This document shows, piece after piece, positions 1-12,389 of a stretch of DNA of 41,416 nt (position 1 is the first letter of the stretch; each line of letters opens with the position of its first letter). Source of the DNA: Octopus bimaculoides (lineage: Eukaryota). The stretch spans positions 77,802,718 through 77,844,133 of the forward strand of contig NC_068983.1 of the NCBI RefSeq assembly GCF_001194135.2, given 5' to 3'. The translations under genes were made by a program, and so were the position numbers. Under the pieces are notes generated by a model. The model was not told the origin of the DNA. It did no database searches and worked only from the letters and a program-made list of their open reading frames with translations.

Positions 1-165
1 TTTATACCATCTTTTTTCTGTTGTTATTCCATAGTGTTGGCATAGCTTCCAGTGTATATAGGTTCCAGCTCTGTCGTGTCTGTGAATATATTCCTCCTTA
101 ACCAGGACTAGGCAGCCAGAGATAATATGATTTATTGTTTCTTGTCCATCTCCACATATTCTACG
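1..165 (-). mobile_element. R4/Dong-type non-LTR retrotransposon, 5'-truncated, zinc-knuckle region (continues past window start)
   Basis: Minus strand translates to RICGDGQETINHIISGCLVLVKEEYIHRHDRAGTYIHWKLCQHYGITTEKRWYK, matching the CxxC..ET..HI...C and RHD...IHW motifs of RLE-clade elements. The 5' end lies next to (TAA)n. Confidence 0.85.
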
Positions 166-198
166 GTTATGTTTCTTTTTGTCCATCTCCACATATTC

Positions 199-307
<109 letters not shown>

Positions 308-1100
308 GGAAAGGCTGGTATTAACTAAATTAATGTTTGAACTCTCAGTAAATGAACTTTTATTTAGCAGACTGGTATTATGAGAAGATATAATTTATGA
401 AAGATTCTTTGTGTTGAAGAAGGCAACTCTAACTATATGAGAATTAATAATTGAATAATATCTAACAAAATTTTGGAAAGTTCTTACTAACCGCTTTCAC
501 GGAACAGCAAAGGAAGATTAGATTTAATTTGCCTTCCATAGCGGATAACAGACCAAATAGTTTTGCTAGCACCAGTCAAATTGTAAGTGGTACTATCTCT
601 AAAGTACGGTGAATTACCTCTTGAGTGAAAAAATGGGCTTAAATAACGGTTGTCTCCCTTATTCCGTAAAGGAATTTTATCATGTTTTGTGTTGTTGTCC
701 ATATTAGAATTAAAATCACTCTTATTACAACTAGATTTCTTGTCATGAATAGTAGATGAAGGATGAGATTGAACAGAATCAATGTAGATAACTTTTTCTT
801 TATACACTGCATTAACTAAGGCAGAGTTATAACATTCAGCCTTTTCGTTAAAAATGTCAACATTAGCGGATAATTTAGACAATCTAACTGAAATATTTTC
901 AACTAAATTCTTCGTAATTTCCCTAGCGTGATTACTTATTGGACTAATATACTTGAGATTGGTAGATGGTTTGTGGTATGGAAAGTATGAGTTATTGTGC
1001 AAACTAAGTGTAATATCTAAGAAGTTAGCTTTAGTTATCTCATCGTCAAAAACGATGTGAAAGCCCATTCTACGAATGTTGTTGAGATTGGTTCTCTTCC
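308..1100 (-). mobile_element. Penelope-like element remnant (RT C-terminus/thumb and linker; lineage 1)
   Basis: ORF 487..1068 has NFLDITLSL..YFPYHKP..Y....SNH...NISVRLSKLS...IF. After a frameshift near 490 it continues FPK..YSIINSHIVRVAF..KNLS*IISSHN, typical of PLE RT-linker motifs. No GIY-YIG seen before the microsatellite. Confidence 0.85.
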
Positions 1101-1220
1101 TTACCTGATGCGAAGATTACATTATTTTACATTGTTTATTCCTTTGGTATAAAACCAATGTTGTCTTCGAAACATATGTCGAAAGTAAAAGAATTTGAAT
1201 AACATCTGCGTTTAACTGCA
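1096..1220 (+). ncRNA. Degenerate hammerhead ribozyme in a putative inverted PLE pseudo-LTR
   Basis: CTGATGC (1105-1111), stem II GAAGAT/GTCTTC (1112-1117/1163-1168), GAAAC (1169-1173), palindromic ACATATGT stem III, GTC triplet (1178-1180). The core has A9->C and stem I is imperfect. Confidence 0.55.
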
Positions 1221-1563
1221 TTTATTTACTTATACTATACAAATTACTGCACATTAACCCCAAGTTTCTAACTTTGAATAGGTCGTTACATCCTTCTTAT
1301 TTGTGTGAATGTTGTTACCTTGGTAACTGTTTATTGAATTTTCCGTGTTAACTGTAAACAAAGGATAATTCATTCATCCATTTATATATACAAATATATG
1401 TATATATATGAGAAGCATTGGAATGTAGAAGACGCAAAAAGTGGCGGGTAACGCTAAGTAAGTGCTATAGACAGACTGGATATGAGTGAGGATTCTATAT
1501 GATATGATAAGGATATGAGTGAGGAGTCTAATGTGCCTGTTGTATTACATGCATATAAAAATT

Positions 1564-1691
1564 TTAGACAAAACGACATAACAAAGTCAAGGCTGTGAGG
1601 AGTTCTCAGAAAATTTATAAAGGAAACGTTTTCCTTATAAATGTCCTGAAAACTCCTTACAGCTTTGGCTTTGTTATCTCATTTTGTCTAA
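1564..1691. repeat. Loop-less ~128-bp palindrome (hairpin/MITE-like)
   Basis: tagacaaaacgacataacaaagtcaaggctgtgaggagttctcagaaaatttataaaggaaa is the imperfect reverse complement of the right half; centre aaacgttt at 1624-1631. Confidence 0.85.
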
Positions 1692-1711
1692 TATATATAT
1701 ATATATATACA

Positions 1712-2132
1712 TGAATATTTTATAACTATATACATAATTATAACAAGAGATTGGCTATGTGCCTCACCACGCACTGAAAAATAGACGCCAAACGACTCTA
1801 TTGCTACCATAAATTCTCCGAGAATAACACACCAGATAATAGGCTAACAAAAGAAACAAAATGAATTAAAACTTTTGGTTAACCGTGTACAAAGACACTC
1901 GTGAATTTATGCTATGGAATATCAACGCTGATGAAAGCAATAGGTAACACTTTTTGACATTAAGCTCGAAACAGGATCTTGTACGCGGTTAAGCGAAAGT
2001 TTTAATTCATTTTCTTTCTATTGTTAGCCTATTATGGTCGAAATAGTGTCATTTCACGTTTTATTTTTCAATGCGTGGAGCGACACGTAGCCACACCCTA
2101 GTTATAATTATGTATATAATTATAACATATTT
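1712..2132. mobile_element. Foldback element with ~160-bp inverted arms and a hammerhead-like core in the spacer
   Basis: Arms ~1712-1895 and 1977-2132 are diverged reverse complements (e.g. ataataggctaacaaaagaaacaaaatgaattaaaac / gttttaattcattttctttctattgttagcctattat). CTGATGA at 1928-1934 and GCTC-GAAAC at 1964-1972. Confidence 0.75.
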
Positions 2133-2585
2133 GTAAAATCTACCTATGAGGTTTTTATTTATGCGCTGATTACCTGATAAAAATCATTAATGATTTTTAC
2201 CCATTATTATATATATATATATATATATATATATCAAATCGGCTTATTAATCAACCAAGAATGTCTCATCCTCGAACTCTATAGGCTTTCAGTGGTGATT
2301 TGATTTTTGAAGATTTAATATGCATACATTTCTTGTAGAGGCCACAGGAATATAATATACTGATCGTACCCATCATCAAATTTACACACATCTAATTCAA
2401 TATGATTATAATTTGTGGTAAACAGTCTTCATAAAATAAGGTCGCCCAGTTTGTTTCCCACTTTCGTTCAGCAAGGCCCAATATGTTTGTGTCAGTCGTT
2501 TAACAAGGCAGTTCATTATATATTTCTAGGTGTCAAGATAGTATGATATTGATTGTACTGCCTGGAAACCACACTAAATAGTTTT

Positions 2586-2707
2586 GTTTTCTTTTATGAT
2601 TGATTCTCTCCTAATTCATTGCATGTTCTTCTGACTTCGTTATGAATTTGAGAAGTTCACACATTTGGTTTTAATAAACTTGTAACAGGTTTTTTACGCA
2701 ATTTGTA
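2586..2707 (-). repeat. Dispersed repeat, copy 1 (unclassified)
   Basis: Reverse complement aligns closely by eye with 9081-9200. Confidence 0.85.
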
Positions 2708-3559
2708 TTTTGATTCGTTTTGTTAATTTGTATTACTTTATTTATAGTTATTACCAACGTCCCAATTCTTCAGTGAAAATCATATACATGAAAAATTAGG
2801 TAATTAAATAATTTTAAAAATTATTATTATTCTGTAATAAGATTGGCAGAAAGTATATGATACCTTGTAATAATCTTATAATTCTCATAGGAACACATTA
2901 TGCAGAAACATGTGTCGAGTTATCACCGTACTTGAAGTAAAAAATGTAATAATTGTTATCGACTAATGCTGTTTTTCTCTCTTTGCACACTTTAGTCTAC
3001 TTTAAAATTTTTCTAGTATTCCAGGCATTATATTTTCTAGAATCCATATGTTAAGAATATAAACTACCTGCCACGGCATTTTTTCATTTATAATTTGTTT
3101 GCTTGTAAGGATTAACAAGTCCTCAGTTCCTTCTTTGAACTGTGCCACGTAAGTATAGACATACATACTCCGGTGCGTAACATTTTTTATTTGAAGGGAG
3201 TTTAATCATGGTGAATTAGCATATCTCGTTATTTGTTTTTGTTTTTTTATTCAATTAATTTTATAAGTTTTTCAAAAAAGCATCATGTTACAAGCAGAAT
3301 TAAATTGTGTTGCCTAGGAAGACAATCATAATTAAATCGATTGTTATTGGACATTATACAGAAAATGTCGTTATGCCGTTCTTGGTGTTGAGAGAGTGCA
3401 AAATATTTAATGGAAACAAAAACTTTAGGCAATAAAAATAAAATTATTCTGCAAAAATTGTCCATATTTCAATAAAAGAATAATTCTGAACTTCGCATAA
3501 TTATTTCCATATGTTATCTTATTTTGTTCATAGGCCAATAAAATGCTGGCTTCAAAGTT

Positions 3560-3690
3560 TAGGTGCAGGCAGCTAACTAATTCAATCTTTGTTTACAACC
3601 TTCTCATGGCGATTTTCAAGGAGATATATGACTTTCAAAGAAGTCAAATTGGAGTAATCACTGGAGCTTGTATAGGATGAATTAGTTCAT
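3560..3690 (+). mobile_element. Tc1-like transposase 5' remnant (weak)
   Basis: gactttcaaagaagtcaaatt reads DFQRSQI, resembling the Tc1 N-terminal D-F-Q-R-G-Q-I-V-G-A helix; heavily decayed. Confidence 0.35.
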
Positions 3691-3708
3691 TGTCTGACAC
3701 TTTTCCCC

Positions 3709-3770
3709 CTGAATTCAATACTTGGCGAGGTCTGTAATCCTGGTCATTCTTTCGGGGTCGATTAAAAGTA
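3709..3770 (+). mobile_element. SINE fragment (same family as 27143..27355)
   Basis: ctgaattcaatacttggcgaggtc...cattctttcggggtcgattaaaagta parallels the centre of the 27.2 kb copy. Confidence 0.6.
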
Positions 3771-4944
3771 GAAATTCAGGATGACGTCTAAAATGTATGT
3801 CTTGTAGTGTTACTTACGGCTCTTCGTTCTGACAGCATTACCTAAACAACACTGATGCGAAGATGCATCGGCCTTACTTTTGGATTAAAACAGCGTTCAG
3901 GTGAGACGTTTATGCATGTAGAGTTACTTGTCCTCTTCCACATATTCTGCTCTGGCATACACGTATATGTGTATAATTATGATCAAACTTCACCACTGGA
4001 CGCTATAGAAGATTCAATAATTCAGCATTAAGAAATGAGTAAAATATATCTCCCGATTTCTATGATTGAGACTATTTTCTATTTCTTGGACATATTTATG
4101 CCTAAGTTGGAGTTAGGAAGAACATGCAGCTACGAAGACCAAAGAATTACTTCCAGTAAAACCCAAGCATGTAATTGGAGCTTTTAAATAAGTGTAAACA
4201 AAACTCTTGTTAATTTAATTACGTTTCTTCATTGAATAAAGATCACGTTTTAATGTGACATATCATTAGACTAAAGTATATACATTACTTAAGATATCCG
4301 ATTCTCTCCAAATGTCCATGTAAAGAAAAACACTTTGTGGTGCATAATTTTTTAGAATTTTTTAATTCATGTAATGTGGATAATATGACAAGAAGGGAAA
4401 TAAAACATCCTGACATGATGAAAGTGAATTTTATTTAGTAATTATGTAGACCGAATTCAGCGTTTCATTTTCACTTAACATGGAGAATAATATAATTTTA
4501 TTTCTAAACACGTTGTTTCTCTAATGTAACAAGATATTTTAATGGAAAAATGGTTCTGCATCAAATGGAAAAATATACCGCCTAAAATTAAAGTCTTTCT
4601 GCAAGTTTAAATTTTTAACTTTTGAAATATTTATAACTTCACATATTTTATGGAATCCATCCCACAAAAACATTCCAAGCCTGGTGCATACATTTTACCA
4701 TACCCAAACTAAATCCTTTTATTATTAGACAATCATATTTCAGTATTAACTACAGGTAGATATGCACCTATACATACAGGTGGATGTCGGTATGCACATA
4801 CCTGTACGTAAATATGCATATACTCATTTACTATTTGTTTTTACATGACTGAACGCAGCGTCTCCAATTGTAAGTAGTTTTCGTAACTTCATATTTTCCG
4901 ACGCTACTCTATCTCTTTCTCTTTCTCTTCCGCTATCATTTTTC

Positions 4945-5023
4945 CCCCTCTCGTTCTTCCTCTTTACTACTACGTATCTCGCTTTACCCCTCTCGTTCTT
5001 CCTCTGTTACTACTACGTATCTC
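4945..5023. repeat. Two-copy ~42-bp pyrimidine-rich tandem duplication
   Basis: cccctctcgttcttcctct(g)ttactactacgtatctc at 4945-4980 and 4987-5023. Confidence 0.85.
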
Positions 5024-5097
5024 TTTTTCCCCAATTCGTACTTCCTCTCTTTCTCTTTTCCTCTTGTTGCTCACCTATTCTTCTACTTCCTCCCTTT

Positions 5098-5586
5098 NNN
5101 NNNNNNNNNNNNNNNNNNNNNNNNNNNNNNNNNNNNNNNNNNNNNNNNNNNNNNNNNNNNNNNNNNNNNNNNNNNNNNNNNNNNNNNNNNNNNNNNNNNN
5201 NNNNNNNNNNNNNNNNNNNNNNNNNNNNNNNNNNNNNNNNNNNNNNNNNNNNNNNNNNNNNNNNNNNNNNNNNNNNNNNNNNNNNNNNNNNNNNNNNNNN
5301 NNNNNNNNNNNNNNNNNNNNNNNNNNNNNNNNNNNNNNNNNNNNNNNNNNNNNNNNNNNNNNNNNNNNNNNNNNNNNNNNNNNNNNNNNNNNNNNNNNNN
5401 NNNNNNNNNNNNNNNNNNNNNNNNNNNNNNNNNNNNNNNNNNNNNNNNNNNNNNNNNNNNNNNNNNNNNNNNNNNNNNNNNNNNNNNNNNNNNNNNNNNN
5501 NNNNNNNNNNNNNNNNNNNNNNNNNNNNNNNNNNNNNNNNNNNNNNNNNNNNNNNNNNNNNNNNNNNNNNNNNNNNNNNNNNNNNN
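5098..5586. other. Assembly gap (N), followed by (TA)n to ~5627
   Basis: Run of N. Confidence 1.
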
Positions 5587-5630
<44 letters not shown>

Positions 5631-5724
5631 TAGTTTACTATTATTAGACATAAATTTTATTGTTATTGCTGTTCCTGGAGTAGTTAATTTTATGTTTATT
5701 AATTAATCGTTTATCCATTTAAGA

Positions 5725-5945
5725 AAATATTGACTACTATTTAGATGCATTTTATGGGGAGATATACAAACTAACTGATTATTCCGCTAAACCTCATTCT
5801 AGATGTCTTACAGGCTAGGATCACTGACGTGATTCGGGATATAACGGAAAACACAGTCCAAACAGCATTCCTAGCTCATCACAATCGTATCACGATTTGT
5901 ATATGCTATGACAGTGAAAAAATTGGGAACATTGAAGAAAAATAT
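5725..5945 (+). mobile_element. IS630-Tc1-mariner superfamily transposase C-terminal remnant
   Basis: With small frameshifts reads LT.LDAFLWGDIQTN.YSAKPHSLDVLQARITDVIRDITENTVQTAFLAHHNRITICICYDSEKI, matching DLTPLDFFLWG..K..VY..KP..L..L..RI....I....L.......R...C. Confidence 0.6.
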
Positions 5946-8537
5946 ATTAAAAATTATAATGAATTTCTTACGTCTTTCACCGAAGAAATTCTGCTATAAA
6001 AGAATACATTTATATGTGTATATTTTAGATCGTAAGAACTTTAAAATGATCGTGCCTTTACATAAAATACATATTTGCATAAATATGATTTTTTGTTTCG
6101 TCTTAAATAAGCTGATATCAATAAGAAGTAATCCTATATAAAGAGACATGCTAAACAATATATTCAGTTTCAAATAAGTGAAGTTGTGGGGTTGTCTTCT
6201 GAGGGGGTTTTTACATCAAATGGGAAATTTATTTCGTTTCTTTTTTAAGAAATTCATTTTACCTGCAAGAATTTGGAATTAATAGAAGAAAATTTGTATA
6301 TATCTTCAATTTTGCAATACGGTTATTTATCATATACATGAAAAAGCGCATATATTAAACAACTTTGTTCTATGTTATCAAAAGCATGACACATTCAAAT
6401 TTTACATCAGCATATCGTTATTCATATCGTACATAATATCAAGCTTCTTACGTTGCATGAGTCATGTTTTATGAAATGGCTTATCAACGCGTTGGCAAAA
6501 TCGAAACATGAACAATTGTTGGCTATGATCAGGGTAGACAAAATGTGAACTCAATGTTTCAGAGGACCAGACATGTGACTGACAGCTGGACCAAATCTGT
6601 TGTCCAAATGTCCGACCAATTCTATCGTAGTCCTGTTTATATGGTTTTCTGCACTACCTGGAGACTTTATATTTCCTTATATAGAGATAAGTCCAGTCAT
6701 TTTTATACATATGCTTCAATGACCGTCTTTTGAATATCCGCAAATATCTGACTTCAGGAAAGCTGTGGCGCACCAGTTCGACACCTGTGCTGCTATAATT
6801 CTTCGTTTCTGCCTACAATCAATGTTTGGATGTGAGTAGCCAATTAGTCATATACTAATCCAATTTCCTCGAACGAATTTAAACTCCTAGCCATATGTAT
6901 ACGCTACTCTTCTTCCTGTAATTTCATCAAACACTCTAATCTGAGATGTGCGCTTTTATTCGTTTTCTTTTCTTGTCATTTTCCTCTTTGAAAGCCTGCC
7001 TATGAGCTCGCAGCTGGTTTAACTTATATCTATCGCCAGCCTACCTTATCAATAACGGCTCATTGTAATTGAATCCTCATCAATTTCTTGTATTATATCA
7101 TTTCGCTTGACCTTTGTCCCTTACATCAAACGTCTCAATCATTTTATCTCTCATTAACTCCAGTTCGATATTCTGCTTCTAACTTTTAAAATGAATTTCT
7201 ATTTCACTTCAACAAGCCATTACTTGATTCCTCTGTCGAAGGTTCTGCGGCCGAAATGTCGATTTAGCTGGCTCCTCAGAGTAACCAATTGTAGGATGTT
7301 ATGTAACACCGCTACATTCATTTTTTTCTTAAACTTGCAGTTTTCTGGGTTACATTCTATATATTTTGTTCGTGAATACGTTTCATTCAACTAGCTTTCT
7401 AATCGTGGTTGTTGTATCATTTATACGGGCATAATATATTTCAGAATACATTTTTCACTATATGATGCCTTTATTTAATACGGTAGCTGCGAGGATTAGG
7501 CAATCTAGTGACAACGTGGAAGCATGTTATTTGCTGGAAAAGATTCTTCGTTCACTGCACATGGTGTGTGTGGTCATATTGTGCAGTGTCCACACAAAAA
7601 GATCAGACATATAATAAAAATAAGCTCTCAAAATTAAAACCACCTCCACGGGTGGGGATCCCTGATTGTTGCAGTAGCAAATAGCAACTACCATTGCACG
7701 TTGATTTTAACATAAACTATCATTCCCCCTAATGAATAATTGTTACGGTAAACAATGAGGCATCTAGAACATTTTCACACTACGACATGACAAAAATTGG
7801 TCTAGGCGAGCGTAAACAAATAGACAAAAATATGTCTGAAACATCAATAACTTCCGTATCTCCTAGCACTATTCTGCAACACTAATAAAAATCCAGTGGA
7901 ATAATGGTGATGTCATGGAAGAAGTCAGAATAATGAATTCTTATTGAAATATAGTGAACAATGGCGATAATGCAGTATATGCAAGGTGGCAAATAATCTT
8001 AATACAATGAATATTTGCATGAGAGAGTCATGAGAATGACTGTCTCTTTCAGTGTCTTCTATTTGGTGAAGGTTGAAATATCTGGGTCAAATGACTCGCG
8101 AACGACATGGCAATCGATCCACACGCCACGTAACATTTTCGTCCGGGTTGGCCGTGATCTACGCAACAAATTGTGCACATTACTTTGCAATAAATATGTG
8201 AAAGTGCTTCGTTCTTCTGGATGTTTTACTTAAATGGATCTACATGTATGTGCTTTTTTAAATTGATTAAATGCCGTTTCACAGTGTTTTTATTTATACA
8301 ATATTCCATCTCGCTTCATGTTACAAAAAGACAAAACTAAATATGCATTCTTGTCATATATGTATTTAAATAATTTTCAAGTACTTGCACAGAACGTTCA
8401 ACTTTTCAAAATGTCTGCATATATGTGTGTGTGTGTGTCAGTGCGTGTACGGAACACTCGAACACACATAGATACAAAATAACAAATACATCATCATTAA
8501 GTTAAATGAATTCTCTTTCATATTATATTTGCTATTG

Positions 8538-8650
8538 ATTTCAAACAATGGTCCAAGTTCACAGAATTTTGGAGAGAGTAGAGTCGATTAAATCGGCTTC
8601 ATTATAGTTTGTTCTTTAATTTATGAATCCCGCAATGATGCAAGTTAAAC
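8538..8650 (-). mobile_element. SINE 3' fragment (same family as 27143..27355)
   Basis: gagtcgattaaatcggcttc...ttatgaatcccgcaatgatgcaag is a decayed reverse complement of the SINE core and tail. Confidence 0.55.
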
Positions 8651-9080
8651 TTATTACTGTGCCCAAGACCTCGAATACGTGAACCAAATAGACAGACAAT
8701 AGGGATTTTCGTGAGAAGATCTGTTAACCACAGAATCAATGATTGACATTTTAGCTCATAGTTTAATAGCTTGAAGTTGAATAGTCACTGAGGGTTAAGC
8801 AGCACAAACTCATCTAATATACATCAAATAACAAATTGGAAATCTTCTTAATGTGATTATTTGAGTTCATGTTATCACACTTGAGGGATTTAAGTAGCCA
8901 TGAAATTTTGAATGGACACAAATGTATCCTTTAAAATGACAATCTTTTATATATTATCTATTATTAGCATCAGGCCAACGCATCTAATTGAATCATATAA
9001 GATAGAATATTTAATAGTGTGCGATCCATAATTGCATAAACTCCCGAAATCGCCATACATTCGCAATGAATTTCTTATAC

Positions 9081-9200
9081 ACAAATTCCGTAAAAAACTC
9101 TTACACGTTTATTAAAACCAAATGTGTGAACTTCTCAAATTCATAACGAAGTTAGAAGAAGATGCAATGGATTAAGAGAGAATCAATCATAAAACAAAAC
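9081..9200 (+). repeat. Dispersed repeat, copy 2 (unclassified)
   Basis: Matches the reverse complement of 2586-2707. Confidence 0.85.
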
Positions 9201-9297
9201 ATGCAGATGTTCCATGCAACGTTAAATTAAAACATGATCCAGAGCCTCAAGAAGCCTGATCAAAAAATATCGGGACAGTTGCATTTGTAACTGAGTT

Positions 9298-9674
9298 AGA
9301 GTACGGAGAGTGCAGCGAGTATATGATTATTTGAAAGCCCGCTTCCCGGCATTGGTCAATCGAAGGCGCGAACTTCTACAGCGTCACTATTCCCCAGCAC
9401 ACACTGCCAATGTGAGCAAGCACAAACTTGAGGAATTTGTGGGTTTAGAATTGCTGCCGTACCGTGCCGACAGCGCAGATCTTCCTCCACCCTTTCCGAC
9501 CCATCACTCATTTCCTGCACAGGAGGAGGTTTGACAATGTTGATGAGGTTGCAAATAGGTGCTGGGAGTTTTTTTGTGTCTAAACCAAGCAAATAGCATT
9601 AACGTGGAATAGAGCTTCAGGTAAAACGATGACAACAAACAATAGAATATGTTAGGATATATTTTGATGAATAA
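9298..9674 (+). mobile_element. Mariner transposase C-terminal pseudogene
   Basis: QRVYDYLKARFPALVNRRRELLQRHYSPAHTA...GLELLPYRADSADLPP (decayed LLQQDNARPHTA and HPAYSPDLAPSD). After a frameshift FRPITHFLHRRRFDNVDEV..CWEFF..*RGIEL..R*..TIEY..YFDE*. Confidence 0.85.
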
Positions 9675-10168
9675 ATGCTTTTCGTATATAATTTATTTGA
9701 ACTATTACTTAAAGCTTGAAGTATGAAAATATCTAAAAACTCAATCTGGTATATATGTTTGTATGTATATGTATGAGTATTTTTGTATGTATATATCTCT
9801 ATTTCTTTCTCTCTCTAATACTTATGTATCTATATATGTATATAAAATATACATATATATATATAGACCCTGCTATGTCAAGATGGACTTATATATTCTT
9901 CCTCTGCTCTCTCCCACTTGGTTTTAATATGTTGCCACATTTGTAATATGTCTTTTTTTCTACATTTTTTCTACATTTTTTCGTGCAGCTGAAGATTGCT
10001 CTTCATATTGCATTTAAGGTAATGCTCACATTACTTAAATAAATTGAAGTAGCATGAAACGTGCGTACTGCAATCACTTTTGAAATCCGTGTTGCTTATT
10101 ATTTGATTTTAATCACCCATCCTTTTGGGATGTGATATTCGGGTGCCTTCGCATAAGTACCATATTCA

Positions 10169-10336
10169 NNNNNNNNNNNNNNNNNNNNNNNNNNNNNNNN
10201 NNNNNNNNNNNNNNNNNNNNNNNNNNNNNNNNNNNNNNNNNNNNNNNNNNNNNNNNNNNNNNNNNNNNNNNNNNNNNNNNNNNNNNNNNNNNNNNNNNNN
10301 NNNNNNNNNNNNNNNNNNNNNNNNNNNNNNNNNNNN
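10169..10336. other. Assembly gap (N)
   Basis: Run of N. Confidence 1.
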
Positions 10337-10916
10337 ATATATATATACTTGTGTGTGTTTGTGTATATATTTGTGTATATATCTGTGCATATATCTGTGA
10401 CCGACAACAGAATGGTATAGTCGAGTCTGCTGTGTCTCTGACAATATATTCCTAGATTGCAAATGAAAGTGTATGGGGACCATGGCCGTTTGCGTGTTGA
10501 TCACGTTTTAATGTTTGATTTTGAATCATCATCAAACAATGGGTGATAGTTCGGTATGTAGCTCTCTTCGAGAATTTTGTGCTATTCATGTTTTCCTTCT
10601 CTTCGTTGCGTGGTATGTCGTTTTTGATTTTATTAATGATTTTCTAAAAATTGATATTATTAATATTTTTTAAAAATACATTTCTTTAAATACAGTTTAT
10701 AATATACTAAATGCTGTTCAGTATCTCTCCGTATGATAATAAACAAATACGACAATTATTATCGATTGTATCGTACATTTTTTGATATTGTGACAGTCAC
10801 ACCATTTCAATTGGTCGGCGTTTGAGTGTCAGTTTATTAGAGGCTGCTACACTAATAGGAGAAATACATTACATATATAAAATATTACAAGCGTTGCCTT
10901 AAAAATTCCGAAACTA

Positions 10917-11681
10917 GAAATGAAAAATACGCACGCTCAAAAGAATTACGGATTGTCGTAATAAACCTTAAAAAGCATGGGACTAGCATTGTTGCTCAAA
11001 AATATTGGAATCACACACATTTTGTGGCATCTTTTTACCACAGACACTTTGTTTAGTTCATCGAAATTAAGTTATATTCAAAAATTAATTAAGTCAAATT
11101 ATCGCATACTCAATTTTAACAATACAATTTTGTACAAATACTAATGCCATCTTAAAGCAATAATTCAATATATGAATGATAATTTTATGAATTCACAAGT
11201 AATGAATCAAAAATAATTTAGTAATAATTTGTTTAATTCACATAACTACTCCATTAATATGTGTATCATAATGCAAATTATCTTTGCTTATAATTATTTT
11301 CGTTTCGTACTTTCGCTGTTATATAGATTCCACTTTATCATAAATACAGTTTCTTTTTTTTATTATCATGGTAATTTGCATGCAGTGTGAAATATGTTTT
11401 TTTTTTATATATTTTGGTATGAAGAGTATTATAATTAATTTACTTATTTCATGTAAAAGATCATATTTTGATCAGTTTCACATTTTTATATTAAGAGCCC
11501 TGTTTAATAATTATCGTGGCATCGTAATTCACACACGAGTCTCTTTTTGCTTTTTAAGATCCCACAGAATGTACAATATATAGTGATTCCAATATTTTTG
11601 TGCAACAATGCTAGTCCCATACTTTGTGAGGTTTATTACGACATACTGTAACCCTTTTGAACGTGCATATTTTTCAATTCG
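10917..11681. mobile_element. Non-autonomous long-TIR element (MITE-like), ~115-bp TIRs, abutting (TA)n
   Basis: 10917-11034 (gaaatgaaaaatacgcacgctcaaaag...gggactagcattgttgctcaaaaatattggaatcac) is the diverged reverse complement of ~11553-11681; AT-rich non-coding interior. Confidence 0.75.
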
Positions 11682-11915
<234 letters not shown>

Positions 11916-11917
11916 GG

Positions 11918-11997
11918 AGTTAAACGCAGGTGTTATTCAAGTTCTTTTACTTCGGACACATGTTTCGAAGATATCATTGGTATTATTCGAAAGGAAA
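11918..11997 (-). mobile_element. PLE pseudo-LTR 3' fragment homologous to 1141-1219
   Basis: Reverse complement ccaatgatatcttcgaaacatgtgtccgaagtaaaagaacttgaataacacctgcgtttaact versus ccaatgttgtcttcgaaacatatgtcgaaagtaaaagaatttgaataacatctgcgtttaact. Confidence 0.75.
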
Positions 11998-12352
11998 TTT
12001 ATTAATTTATTTTTTGATGCTGAAATAGATTGCATCATCTATCATATAATTAAACATTAATATTTGCAAACATTTGTTATGTAAACATCGTCTTCTAGAT
12101 TCTTGACCGTGAGACGGTTTCGTCATTTGTCCCGATGACATTATTTCCTCAGTCTCTTTGCCTCTTTCTGATGCATACGCATATGCATACATACATTCCT
12201 ACATACATACACATACACACTTTCACACTCACATATATATCTGTAAATATATTTGCGTGTGTGTTACGTGTGTGTGTTAATACATACACATACATATATA
12301 TGTGTGTCTCTCTCCCTATATATATATGTGTGTATATGTATGTATGTGTATG

Positions 12353-12389
<37 letters not shown>

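Noticed and set aside
3852-3864. 13-mer ctgatgcgaagat shared with 1105-1117
   Set aside because: No flanking homology or downstream stem/GAAA; a 13-mer match is plausible by chance in 41 kb.
6520-7170. Possible RLE-type LINE remnant on the minus strand (RGK, YTY.LG, IIAAQ, ETL.HILS-like words)
   Set aside because: Motif spacing is inconsistent with known elements and needs several assumed indels; unresolved without a profile search.
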